Source: Faecalibacterium prausnitzii (GTDB lineage: Bacteria; Bacteroidota; Bacteroidia; Bacteroidales; Bacteroidaceae). From it: a DNA stretch of 51,511 nt. Both the position numbers and the translations under genes were made by a program. The DNA is taken from positions 1-51,511 of the forward strand of contig CAVHVD010000048.1 of assembly GCA_963639425.1 (NCBI GenBank), written 5' to 3'. Positions 9,384-19,025 of the stretch are shown piece after piece; the first letter of the stretch is position 1; every line of letters starts with the position of its first letter. The notes under the pieces are model-generated. The model was given only the letters and a program-made list of their open reading frames with translations. It was not told the origin of the DNA and ran no database searches.

Positions 9384-11036
9384 ATGTTACGTAAAGTCAG
9401 ACTAACCTTGGCCACCGTGTTCTTTGTCTGTATCACGCTGATGTTCCTCGATTTCACAGGAGTCACTCAGTCGTACTTCAGCTGGATGGCCAAGCTTCAA
9501 TTCCTGCCGGCAGTGCTGGCCATCAATGTCGGAGTGGTGATTCTTCTTGTTGCCCTCACCCTAATCTTCGGACGCATCTACTGCTCCGTAATCTGTCCGA
9601 TGGGCGTATTTCAGGACGTAATAGCGTGGTTCGGCAAGCGTTTCCGCAACAAGAACGACCGCAAGCGTCCCTACACCTACTCTCGCGCCAAGTCTGCACT
9701 GCGATACAGCGTGCTGGGCATCTTCGTCGTGGCAATGGTGGCTGGCGTAGGCTCGTTCGTTGCGCTGTTGGCACCTTACAGCTCGTTCGGACGCATTGCC
9801 GCCAACATCTTTCAACCCATCTACCGTCTGGGCAACAACGTGCTGGCTTCGATTGCCGAACACTATGAGAGCTACACCTTCTACGACGTGGACGTGTGGG
9901 TAAAGACACTGCCCACATTCATCATAGCCATAGCGACGGTCATCGTGGTCGGTGTGCTTGCGGCACGCAACGGACGCACCTATTGCAACACCATCTGCCC
10001 CGTCGGCACTGTGCTGGGCTTCCTGTCGCGCTTCTCGCTGTTCAAGATTGCGTTCGACGCCGACAAGTGCAAGAACTGTGGCATGTGCTCGCGCAACTGC
10101 AAGGCTTCGTGCATAGACTCCAAGACACACACCGTGGACTACAGCCGTTGTGTGGTCTGCGGCAACTGTCTCGGGAAGTGCAAGTTCGACGCTCTGCACT
10201 ATAAGTTCGGTGCTCCGTCGCTGTCCACAGCGTTCCCGAAGGCACAGGCCGTTGCCGACAAAGCACAGCCTGCCACGACGAAAGCACAGGCACAGCCGGC
10301 ACCCGTGAAGTCTGCACAAGCACCCGTGGACAAGGGTCTGCGTATGTTCCTGGCAACACTGGCAACTGGTGCAGCAGCCACCGTCGCACGCGGACAAATC
10401 ATAGAGAAGGCCACAGACGTGAAGGTCGACGGCGGCCTGGCACCCATCGTGCCCAAGGTCAAGCCCAACCGCGCCACGCCAATCGTTCCTCCGGGAGCGC
10501 AGAGCCTGAGAAACATGGCGCAACACTGCACCGGCTGCCAGCTGTGCGTGTCGGCATGTCCGAACAACGTGCTGCGTCCCTCGACCGACCTCATGACACT
10601 GATGCAACCCGAGATGTCATACGAGAAGGGGTACTGCCGTCCGGAGTGCGTGCGCTGTTCGGAGGTGTGTCCCGCAGGTGCCATCAAGCTGATAGACACG
10701 GCAGAGAAGTCGTCCATACAGATTGGACACGCCGTGTGGAGCCAGGACTACTGCATACCATATAAGGATGGGCAGGAGTGCGGCAACTGTGCCCGCCACT
10801 GTCCGGTCAACGCCATAGAGATGGTGCCAATCGATCCTGAGGCAGCAAAGGCCGCCGAAGAGGCATGGGCTGCTGACCCGCGCAGCCGCTTTGGCGGTTC
10901 AGGGCCGAAGATACTGAAGCGTCCTGTGATCAACGAGGCCGTCTGCATAGGCTGCGGAGCGTGTGAGAACCTGTGTCCCGCCAACCCGATCAGCGCAATA
11001 CACGTTGAGGGTCACCAGATGCACAGAGTGATTTGA
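9384..11036 (+). CDS. Membrane polyferredoxin (NapH/MauN-like fused to NapG/MauM-like 4Fe-4S domains)
   Basis: Several TM helices with two CxxxCP motifs, then about six CxxCxxCxxxC-type motifs; ATG at 9384. Confidence 0.88.
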   Translation: MLRKVRLTLATVFFVCITLMFLDFTGVTQSYFSWMAKLQFLPAVLAINVGVVILLVALTLIFGRIYCSVICPMGVFQDVIAWFGKRFRNKNDRKRPYTYSRAKSALRYSVLGIFVVAMVAGVGSFVALLAPYSSFGRIAANIFQPIYRLGNNVLASIAEHYESYTFYDVDVWVKTLPTFIIAIATVIVVGVLAARNGRTYCNTICPVGTVLGFLSRFSLFKIAFDADKCKNCGMCSRNCKASCIDSKTHTVDYSRCVVCGNCLGKCKFDALHYKFGAPSLSTAFPKAQAVADKAQPATTKAQAQPAPVKSAQAPVDKGLRMFLATLATGAAATVARGQIIEKATDVKVDGGLAPIVPKVKPNRATPIVPPGAQSLRNMAQHCTGCQLCVSACPNNVLRPSTDLMTLMQPEMSYEKGYCRPECVRCSEVCPAGAIKLIDTAEKSSIQIGHAVWSQDYCIPYKDGQECGNCARHCPVNAIEMVPIDPEAAKAAEEAWAADPRSRFGGSGPKILKRPVINEAVCIGCGACENLCPANPISAIHVEGHQMHRVI

Positions 11037-11052
11037 CGGAAGGAAACGAACC

Positions 11053-12501
11053 ATGCACGACGACAAGAATAACGGAAACGGCAACAGGCTGAGCCGCCGT
11101 CGCTTCATCGGGCTGATGGGGACGGGGGCTGCCGCCGGTGCCGCAACGCTGGCAGGGTGCACCGGCGGGCGGACAGAGCACGTCGACCCGTCGGGACACT
11201 ACACCACAGATGTCCCCGTCGGACAAATGACATACCGGCAGTTCCCCAAGTTAGGCGACGACAAGGTGTCGCTCTTGGGCTACGGCTGTATGCGCTGGCC
11301 AACGCAGACCGATGCCAATGGGCAGACCGTCGTAGATCAGGAGACTGTGAACAGGCTTGTTGACTATGCCATTGAGCACGGCGTGAACTATTTTGACACT
11401 GCGCCCGTCTATGTACAGGGACTCTCGGAGAAAGCCACGGGCATAGCCCTGAGCCGTCATCCGCGAAGCTCTTACTACATAGCGACGAAGATGTCGAACC
11501 ACCGCGGCGCGGTGACCGTCGGCCTTGATGCGGAAACATTCCGTCAGCAATCCATAAAGATGTACCACGACTCGTTTGCCAATCTGCAGGTCGATGTCAT
11601 CGACTACTACCTGCTGCACAACGTGGGCGGCGGAGACGGCATACCGCTGTTCGAGAAACGCTTTATCAACAGCGGACTGCTGGAGTTCCTCATGAGGGAA
11701 CGTGAGGCAGGGCGCATACGCCGTTTGGGATGGTCGTTCCACGGCGATGTGGCGGTGTTCGACCATCTGCTGCAGATGCACGACAACGGCGAGTGCCGCT
11801 GGGACTTCGTGCAGATACAGATGAACTATCTTGACTGGAATCACGCCAAGGCAACGAACCCGATGAATGTCAACGCCGAGTATCTCTACGGCGAACTTGT
11901 CAAGCGCGAGATACCGTGTACCATCATGGAGCCGTTGTTGGGCGGCCGCCTGTCCAACGTGCCTAACCACGTGGTGGCAAACCTCAAACAGCGCGAGCCG
12001 GAAAACAGCGTTGCCTCGTGGGCATTCCGTTTCTGCGGCTCGCACGAGTGGGTGCTGTCTGCGCTCAGCGGCATGACATACATGGAGCATCTGCAAGACA
12101 ACATACGCTCGTTCGCACCACTAAAGCCGCTGACGCAGGACGAGTTGGCATATCTCGAGAACACAGCAGGTGTCATTGCATCTTATCCCACGATACCGTG
12201 TAACCAGTGCGACTATTGCATGCCGTGCCCATACGCGCTCGACATTCCGGCCATCTTCACCCACTACAACAAGTGTGTCAATGAGGGCAACATCCCCGAG
12301 AGCAGACAAGACCCTGACTACCGACGTGCACGTCGAGCTTTCCTCGTCGGCTATGACCGCAGTGTGCCACGCCTGCGTCAGGCAAGTCGTTGCACCGGTT
12401 GCAACCAATGTTCGCCGGAGTGTCCGCAGCGAATCGACATCCCGCGACAGATGCAACGCATAGATCAATATGTTGAATCACTAAAGAGAGAAACACTATG
12501 A
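11053..12501 (+). CDS. Aldo/keto reductase with C-terminal 4Fe-4S dicluster; Tat lipoprotein signal
   Basis: SRRRFIG...LAGC; GYGCMR, YFDTAPVY, ATK, LLH; C-terminal CNQCDYCMPC and CTGCNQCSPEC. Confidence 0.9.
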   Translation: MHDDKNNGNGNRLSRRRFIGLMGTGAAAGAATLAGCTGGRTEHVDPSGHYTTDVPVGQMTYRQFPKLGDDKVSLLGYGCMRWPTQTDANGQTVVDQETVNRLVDYAIEHGVNYFDTAPVYVQGLSEKATGIALSRHPRSSYYIATKMSNHRGAVTVGLDAETFRQQSIKMYHDSFANLQVDVIDYYLLHNVGGGDGIPLFEKRFINSGLLEFLMREREAGRIRRLGWSFHGDVAVFDHLLQMHDNGECRWDFVQIQMNYLDWNHAKATNPMNVNAEYLYGELVKREIPCTIMEPLLGGRLSNVPNHVVANLKQREPENSVASWAFRFCGSHEWVLSALSGMTYMEHLQDNIRSFAPLKPLTQDELAYLENTAGVIASYPTIPCNQCDYCMPCPYALDIPAIFTHYNKCVNEGNIPESRQDPDYRRARRAFLVGYDRSVPRLRQASRCTGCNQCSPECPQRIDIPRQMQRIDQYVESLKRETL

Positions 12502-13922
12502 ACAATTCGGAAAACGAAGATAGCAAGCCAAAGGCGGGGCGTATCAACCGCCGTCATTTCCTCGGACTCATGGGCACGGGTGCGGTGGCCGGTGCTGCGA
12601 CATTGAGCGGATGTGGCAGCGGCAGTCAGTCACAATATGACCAGGGTGGACACCACACTACCGAGGTGCCGGTGGATCAGATGACCTACCGTGTCAATCC
12701 CACCAACGGCGACAAGGTTTCCATACTCGGCTATGGGTGCATGCGCTGGCCGACACTCAAAGACCCGGACAATCCTGACAGGGACATCAGCGTGGATCAG
12801 GATACGGTGAACGAACTCGTGGACTATGCCTTGGCGCATGGCGTGAACTACTTCGACTCGTCTCCGGTCTATGTGCGTGGCTGGTCGGAGGAGGCCACGG
12901 GCAAAGCCTTGGCACGTCATCCGCGCAACACCTACTTCGTTGCCACCAAGTGCTCGAACTTCATGAATTCGAGCTTCGACTTCGGTGTGCAGATGTACCG
13001 CAAATCGCTGGAGAACTTCCAGACCGACTACATAGACTACTATCTGATGCACAGCATCGGCGGTGGCGGTGTGGATGCGCTGAAGGCACGATACTTTGAC
13101 AACGGACTGGTGGACTTCTTCCTCAAGGAGAAGGAAGCCGGTAGGATACGTAACTTCGGTTGGTCGTTCCACGGCGACGTGGAGGTGTTCGACTACATGA
13201 TGCAACTTCATGATTCGGGTGAGTTCCACTCGGACTTCGTGCAGATACAGATGAACTACCTTGACTGGAAGATTGCACAGGGGGCGGCTGTGCCGTGCGA
13301 ATACCTGTACAACGAACTGGAGAAGCGCAACATACCTGTGGTCATAATGGAGCCGTTGTTGGGCGGACGTCTGGCCAATCTGCCAATACACGTCGTGTCA
13401 CGTCTGAAGCAGGCCAACTATGAGAACAGCGTTGCCTCGTGGGCGTTTCGTTTCTGCGGCTCATATCCCGATGTGCTGTGTGTGCTCAGCGGCATGACCT
13501 ATATGGAAAACCTGCAGGATAACATCCGCAGTTTTGCTCCCTTGGTGGAGGTGACCGACGAAGAGAAAGAGTTCCTGTATGAGACCGCGGCTCTGATACA
13601 CGAGTACCCGACGATACCGTGTAACCAGTGTCAGTACTGCATGCCGTGTCCCTACGCACTCGACATTCCTGCCATACTGACCCACTACAACAAGTGTGTC
13701 AACGAAGGAAATGTGCCTGAGAGCAGTCAGGATCCGAACTATCGCAAGGCACGGCAGGCGTTTCTTGTGGGCTACGACCGCAGTGTGCCCAAGCTGCGGC
13801 AGGCCGACCACTGCACCAACTGCAACCAGTGTTCGCCGCATTGTCCGCAGCAGATACAGATTCCACAGGAGATGAACCGCATCAGCGAGTTTGTGGAGAA
13901 GCTGAAGCAGAACACGCTGTGA
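12498..13922 (+). CDS. Aldo/keto reductase with C-terminal 4Fe-4S dicluster; Tat lipoprotein signal (tandem paralogue)
   Basis: NRRHFLG...LSGC; same motifs as the upstream gene; ATGA overlap with it. Confidence 0.9.
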   Translation: MNNSENEDSKPKAGRINRRHFLGLMGTGAVAGAATLSGCGSGSQSQYDQGGHHTTEVPVDQMTYRVNPTNGDKVSILGYGCMRWPTLKDPDNPDRDISVDQDTVNELVDYALAHGVNYFDSSPVYVRGWSEEATGKALARHPRNTYFVATKCSNFMNSSFDFGVQMYRKSLENFQTDYIDYYLMHSIGGGGVDALKARYFDNGLVDFFLKEKEAGRIRNFGWSFHGDVEVFDYMMQLHDSGEFHSDFVQIQMNYLDWKIAQGAAVPCEYLYNELEKRNIPVVIMEPLLGGRLANLPIHVVSRLKQANYENSVASWAFRFCGSYPDVLCVLSGMTYMENLQDNIRSFAPLVEVTDEEKEFLYETAALIHEYPTIPCNQCQYCMPCPYALDIPAILTHYNKCVNEGNVPESSQDPNYRKARQAFLVGYDRSVPKLRQADHCTNCNQCSPHCPQQIQIPQEMNRISEFVEKLKQNTL

Positions 13923-13974
13923 GGCTGCGGGCATAGGCCACTCGGGCGTAGTGCACCATAGGTCGTAAGAGTAG

Positions 13975-14008
13975 GAGAGGGGGAGCGCAACTCTGCGCTC
14001 TCCCTCTC
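13975..14008 (+). terminator. GC-rich hairpin after the AKR operon (possible terminator; weak U tract)
   Basis: GAGAGGGGGAGCGCA-actc-TGCGCTCTCCCTCTC. Confidence 0.5.
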
Positions 14009-14120
14009 GTTGCTCTATGCCTGAAGGGTGTGCCATTATTTGATATGAGTCAAGCCGTGGTTCTGCCATTAATTGATACCTTTGCGCCTCGGTAGAATAC
14101 GGATATGTCCACCATAATTA

Positions 14121-16541
14121 ATGACCTTAAAGAAGATGAAAAGACACTTTGTGCTGCTTGTGACAGCACTTCTCATTCCCGTGCTGACCGCAGCACAACA
14201 AAGCGCGACTATAAGAGGTAAAGTTATGAACTCCACTACGAACACCGTGGTGGACTATGCCGACGTTTTTGTGACAGACCTCAATGACAATGTCGTGGCG
14301 AGCAGCATGGTCAATAACGGCGACTTTGAAGTCACAGGCATCAAGACTATGGACGTGCTGCTGATGGTTCGCATGCTGGGCTATGAGACCTACATCAGCG
14401 ACAAGCTGACGTTGCATGGCGGGCAGACGCTCGATGTAGGCACCATACAGATGGCAGAGTCGGCATTGGGACTGGACGAGGTGACTGTCGTGGGTGAGAG
14501 AAGCCAGATAGTCTACAAGCTGGATCGTCAGCGCATAAACGCACAGCAGAGCGTGACGGCAGCAGGAGGAACGGCTGTGGATGTGCTTGCCAACACTCCG
14601 TCGGTGCAGGTGGATGCCGATGGCGAACTTACGTTTCGCGGTAGCTCAAACTACCTTGTCTACGTAGACGGCAAGCTCAGTCCGCTGACAGGTACACAGG
14701 CCTTGCAGCAGATTCCGGCAGGCACAATAGAGAACATTGAAATCATAACCACTCCGTCGGCACGCTACAAGAGCGAGGGCGATGTGGGCATCATAAACGT
14801 GACGACGAAGAATATCAAGGCGAACGGATGGAGCGGGCTGGTGAACGTAAGCGGCAGCACGTTAGGTACGAACACCATCGACGCACGCCTGAACTACCAG
14901 CATGGGCTGCACAACTGGTGGGTTGGCGGCACATGGCAGGACATTAAGTCGAAGAGTGATTTCCGGCAGAACAAGACCACCATCGTCGATGACTTCACGA
15001 CAACTTCCTCTTCGGACGGTACACGTTTCCGCACGCAGAAGAATATGACGGCACAGGGCGGATGGCAGTTCGCAGACAAGAAGCACCACACCGTGTCACT
15101 CGACTTCCAAGTAGGTAACACCAAGAACCTGCGTGGCGGCGACATGCTGTATGGCGAGCATCGCATGCAGGGTGGTGATGTGTTGGTCGACAACTCCTTT
15201 AACAGCCATGACCGTTACAAGTTGGAGAAGGAGCTGTATCAGCTGTCGGGCGACTACACTTGGAAAATCAATGACCGCAACAACCTGAACGCACGCTTCC
15301 GCACGCGCTTTGACCGCTATTCGTTGGAGTACACAGAGAGTAATATGTTCGACCACACCGGCAGCCGCTATGAAGGCACGCGCGGTTATGAGCAGGAACA
15401 TCATGGCGACCATGATGCAGGACTTACATATAACTACAACTACAGCTCTACGGGGAAGCTGGAGGTTGGCTATCAGTACACCTACTACAGCGAACACGGC
15501 AACTACAACATAAAGTACTGGAACCGCGATGCGCAGCAGTTTGAATGGCAGGACGACCTGCATGCGCCTTTCTATTATCGTCGTGAGACGCACTCGGGAT
15601 ATGCACAGATGAATGACACATGGGGACGTTTCAGCCTCGATGCCGGTGTGCGCGTAGACCGTGTCATTGACCGTTTGGAAATTACCGTGGCAAACGCCAA
15701 CCGTCACATCAAGCGTTTGGAGCTGTATCCAAGTGCACACTTGAGCTACGATATGCAGGGTGCCGGCACTCTCAAGGTGGGCTATTCGCGTCGTACCAAC
15801 CGCCCGGGCATCTGGCAGTTGGAACCGTATATCACATACGAAGACTACTATACCAAGAAGATAGGCAACCCGGACATCAACCCTGAGTATATCCATTCTA
15901 TCGAGTTGGGCTGGAGCAAGCAGTGGGATGGTGGACACTCTGCCAACGTGACGGGCTACTTCCGTAGTCGCGAAGACGTGATAGACAATGTGCGTGTGGC
16001 CTATGAACCCGGTGTGACGCTTGACTCCATAATCAATGCCGGTGATCAGGTGGAGATGGGACTGGAGATGAGTCTGGTGGTGAAGCCTGTGCGTTGGTGG
16101 ACCAGCACGCTCAATGGCAGCATCTACCGCTATGACTTCAACAGCCATTTCGTCGGAAGCACCGACACCGACGGTGTGAGTGGACAAATAGGGTGGGTCA
16201 ATGCTTTTACCTTGAGCAAGGATGCACGTGTACAGATAGATTCGCACGTCGTGACACCGGTGAACCTAACGCAAGGCAAGGAGTATGCCTACTGCTACTT
16301 TGACGCTGCTTACCGCCACAACTTGGCCAAGGGCAAGCTGACGCTGTCTGTTGTGGCGCACGACATCCTGCACACGGCCAAGTATCATAATTACCGTTCC
16401 ACACCGACGTTGCTCTCCGAGACGTGGGTACGCCCCAAGTATCCCAATATTGTGGCTTCGGTGTCGTTCAACTTCAATGCCTTTGGCGGAAAGACAACGT
16501 CAGTCTCAAGTGGTTCGCTGTTTGAGGGTAAGGATTTCTGA
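14121..16541 (+). CDS. TonB-dependent receptor / outer-membrane beta-barrel family protein
   Basis: Signal peptide, CarboxypepD-like N-domain, LDEVTVVG, plug motif IEIITTPSARY..G..GIIN, GNPDINPE. Confidence 0.88.
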   Translation: MTLKKMKRHFVLLVTALLIPVLTAAQQSATIRGKVMNSTTNTVVDYADVFVTDLNDNVVASSMVNNGDFEVTGIKTMDVLLMVRMLGYETYISDKLTLHGGQTLDVGTIQMAESALGLDEVTVVGERSQIVYKLDRQRINAQQSVTAAGGTAVDVLANTPSVQVDADGELTFRGSSNYLVYVDGKLSPLTGTQALQQIPAGTIENIEIITTPSARYKSEGDVGIINVTTKNIKANGWSGLVNVSGSTLGTNTIDARLNYQHGLHNWWVGGTWQDIKSKSDFRQNKTTIVDDFTTTSSSDGTRFRTQKNMTAQGGWQFADKKHHTVSLDFQVGNTKNLRGGDMLYGEHRMQGGDVLVDNSFNSHDRYKLEKELYQLSGDYTWKINDRNNLNARFRTRFDRYSLEYTESNMFDHTGSRYEGTRGYEQEHHGDHDAGLTYNYNYSSTGKLEVGYQYTYYSEHGNYNIKYWNRDAQQFEWQDDLHAPFYYRRETHSGYAQMNDTWGRFSLDAGVRVDRVIDRLEITVANANRHIKRLELYPSAHLSYDMQGAGTLKVGYSRRTNRPGIWQLEPYITYEDYYTKKIGNPDINPEYIHSIELGWSKQWDGGHSANVTGYFRSREDVIDNVRVAYEPGVTLDSIINAGDQVEMGLEMSLVVKPVRWWTSTLNGSIYRYDFNSHFVGSTDTDGVSGQIGWVNAFTLSKDARVQIDSHVVTPVNLTQGKEYAYCYFDAAYRHNLAKGKLTLSVVAHDILHTAKYHNYRSTPTLLSETWVRPKYPNIVASVSFNFNAFGGKTTSVSSGSLFEGKDF

Positions 16542-16569
16542 CATCTGACACCTCATCAACGGTCACAGG

Positions 16570-18225
16570 TCAGGCATTCTGATATAGGTAACGTTTGATG
16601 GATTTCTTCGGGGTCTTCTCGAACTCCTCGTTGTATATCTTCACTTTGGCTATTTGGCTGTAGCCCGGCAGGTTGGCGTTCAGCATTTGGCGGTTGTGCT
16701 CCAAGGCTGCTGTGATGTCTTTCTCTTCCAGTCCGTTGGCAAACGCCTCGTCGAAGTCCGGATACACCAGTGCCACGAGTTTGTCACCGCGCTGTATGAT
16801 GATGCTCTCCGATACATACTGCATATTGTTCAGTTGTCCCTCGATTTCTTCGGGATAGATGTTCTGCCCGTTGGTACCCAGCAACATGTTCTTGCTCCGT
16901 CCTCTTATGGTGACGTGGCCGGCCTCGTCCATTGTGGCCAAATCGCCTGTGTGCAACCATCCGTCCTTGTCGACAGCCTGTGCCGTGGCATCCGGATTCT
17001 TGTAGTAGCCCAACATCACATTGGTGCCGCGACAGACGATTTCGCCTGCCACGTTGGCGGGGTCGGGCGAGTCGATACGCACTTCCATGCGTGGAGCGGT
17101 TCTGCCACAGGAGAACATCTTGAACGTATGCCAGTCCTCGTAGGTTATAATGGGACCACATTCTGTCATGCCATATCCCACTGTGTAGGGGAAGTTTATG
17201 GAATTCAGTAGCCGCTCCACATCCTTGTTCAGTGGTGCGCCTCCTATTATCATTTCCTTCATTTCTCCACCGAAGCCCTCAATAATCTTGTGGCAGATCT
17301 GTTCCTTCACCTTTGCACTTATTACAGGCAGCTTCAGCAGCATCTTTATCGATGGCTTTTCGAGCTGTGGCAACACATTCTTCTTTATCATCTTCTCCAC
17401 CACCAATGGTACGGTGATGACCAGCGAAGGCTTGACATCGCTGAAAGCCTGCGTGATGACCTTTGGCGACGGCGTTCGTGTGAGGAAGAAGATGTGGCAA
17501 CCCACACAGAACTCGAACAGGAACTCGAAGCTCATGCCAAACATGTGCGCCATCGGCAGGATGCTGACGATGCGGTCTCCTGCATGCAGGAACGGTATCT
17601 TCTCCATGGCGAAAACCATGTTCGACCACAGCGAACGGTATGGCAGCATCACGCCTTTGGATGAGCTGGTGGTGCCCGAAGTGTAGTTTATCAGTGCCAG
17701 TTCTTCGGGTTGGTCGTGATAGAAAGACACATGTTCGGGCCTGAAGTTCTTGGGGAATTTGTGCCCGAAGATTTCGTTCAGGTGCTCGCGGCTGTAGTTA
17801 AGAGCCTCGTTGCGCGACACTATTATGGAAAAGTCAGTGAGTAGGATAATACCGTCGAGGTTTGGCATCATCTGCTCGTTCAGGTTCTCCCACACGCGGT
17901 CACCGACGAAGAGGAAGCGTGCTCCCGAGTGGTTGACGATGTGGTGGACATTGTCCGCCTTGAACTCATGCAGTATGGGTACTGCCACTGCTCCATACGA
18001 CAGCGTGGCAAGGAAAGCCACGCCCCAGTGCGATGAGTTGCGCCCGCACAGAGCCACTTTCTCTCCTTTCTTCAGTCCGATATGTTCGAATAGGATGTGT
18101 ATCTTCTCTATCTTGCGTGCCACGTCCTTATATTGCAACGTCGCACCATTATAGTCGGTCAGCGCGTCAAGATCCCAATAATCTTTAATGGCTTTCTCTA
18201 TCAAAGCCAAGAAACTCTGTTCCAT
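16570..18225 (-). CDS. Long-chain fatty acid-CoA ligase (AMP-binding)
   Basis: YTSGTTSSSKG, GYGMTE and WLHTGD motifs; start MEQSF at 18225, downstream of a promoter box. Confidence 0.92.
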   Translation of the reverse strand: MEQSFLALIEKAIKDYWDLDALTDYNGATLQYKDVARKIEKIHILFEHIGLKKGEKVALCGRNSSHWGVAFLATLSYGAVAVPILHEFKADNVHHIVNHSGARFLFVGDRVWENLNEQMMPNLDGIILLTDFSIIVSRNEALNYSREHLNEIFGHKFPKNFRPEHVSFYHDQPEELALINYTSGTTSSSKGVMLPYRSLWSNMVFAMEKIPFLHAGDRIVSILPMAHMFGMSFEFLFEFCVGCHIFFLTRTPSPKVITQAFSDVKPSLVITVPLVVEKMIKKNVLPQLEKPSIKMLLKLPVISAKVKEQICHKIIEGFGGEMKEMIIGGAPLNKDVERLLNSINFPYTVGYGMTECGPIITYEDWHTFKMFSCGRTAPRMEVRIDSPDPANVAGEIVCRGTNVMLGYYKNPDATAQAVDKDGWLHTGDLATMDEAGHVTIRGRSKNMLLGTNGQNIYPEEIEGQLNNMQYVSESIIIQRGDKLVALVYPDFDEAFANGLEEKDITAALEHNRQMLNANLPGYSQIAKVKIYNEEFEKTPKKSIKRYLYQNA

Positions 18226-18311
18226 TATTAATTGCACAAAAGTTGAAAAACTGTGCAAAGGTAGGCGTTTCTGCACAATATCCAAATTGATGTGCATCTA
18301 TTTTTGGTGTC

Positions 18312-19019
18312 CTAATTAAGGCTGCGCTTGTCCAGAAATTCCTGAAACTGCTGTTTGTAGCTGTCACCTATTGGTACATAGGTCTTGCCGAAGACGATGC
18401 GGCTGTGGTCTACGACGCGTATCTTGTCCTTCTGCACGATGAACGAGCGGTGCACGCGGATGAAGCGCGACGGCGGTAGCATTTCCTCAAGACCTTTCAT
18501 GCTCATCAACGAGAGTATCGGCTTCGAAGCTCCCTCCACGTGTATCTTGACATAGTCTTTCAGTCCTTCTATGTACAGGATGTCTTTCAGCTCAATTTGT
18601 ATGAGCTTATACTCGCTCTTCACAAAGATGCTCTTCACCTGCTCGCGTGGCTGGTTCAGCAGCTCGAACCACTGCACGGCTTTGTTTACGGCACCGACGA
18701 AGTCGGCGTAGGAGATTGGCTTCAGCAGATAGTCCAGTGCGTTGACCTTGTAGCCCTCGATGGCATACTGCTGAAATGCTGTGGTGAACACTATCCGCGT
18801 CTTGGGGTCGATCATCCTTGAGAACTCCAGTCCGCTCAGCTCCGGCATCTGTATGTCGAGGAAGATGAGGTCTATATGCTTGTCGGATAGTTCTCTCATG
18901 GCTTGCACGGCACTCGAGTACTCACCCACAAGTTCCAGTGTCGGAGTTTTCAGTGCATAGCTCCTCAGCAGTCCGAGTGCCAAAGGTTCGTCGTCGACTA
19001 TTGCGCATTTCAGTTTCAT
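18312..19019 (-). CDS. LytTR-family response regulator
   Basis: VDDEPLA, FLDIQMP and YLLKP receiver motifs; FIRVHRSFIV LytTR motif. Confidence 0.95.
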   Translation of the reverse strand: MKLKCAIVDDEPLALGLLRSYALKTPTLELVGEYSSAVQAMRELSDKHIDLIFLDIQMPELSGLEFSRMIDPKTRIVFTTAFQQYAIEGYKVNALDYLLKPISYADFVGAVNKAVQWFELLNQPREQVKSIFVKSEYKLIQIELKDILYIEGLKDYVKIHVEGASKPILSLMSMKGLEEMLPPSRFIRVHRSFIVQKDKIRVVDHSRIVFGKTYVPIGDSYKQQFQEFLDKRSLN

Positions 19020-19025
19020 AACCGT

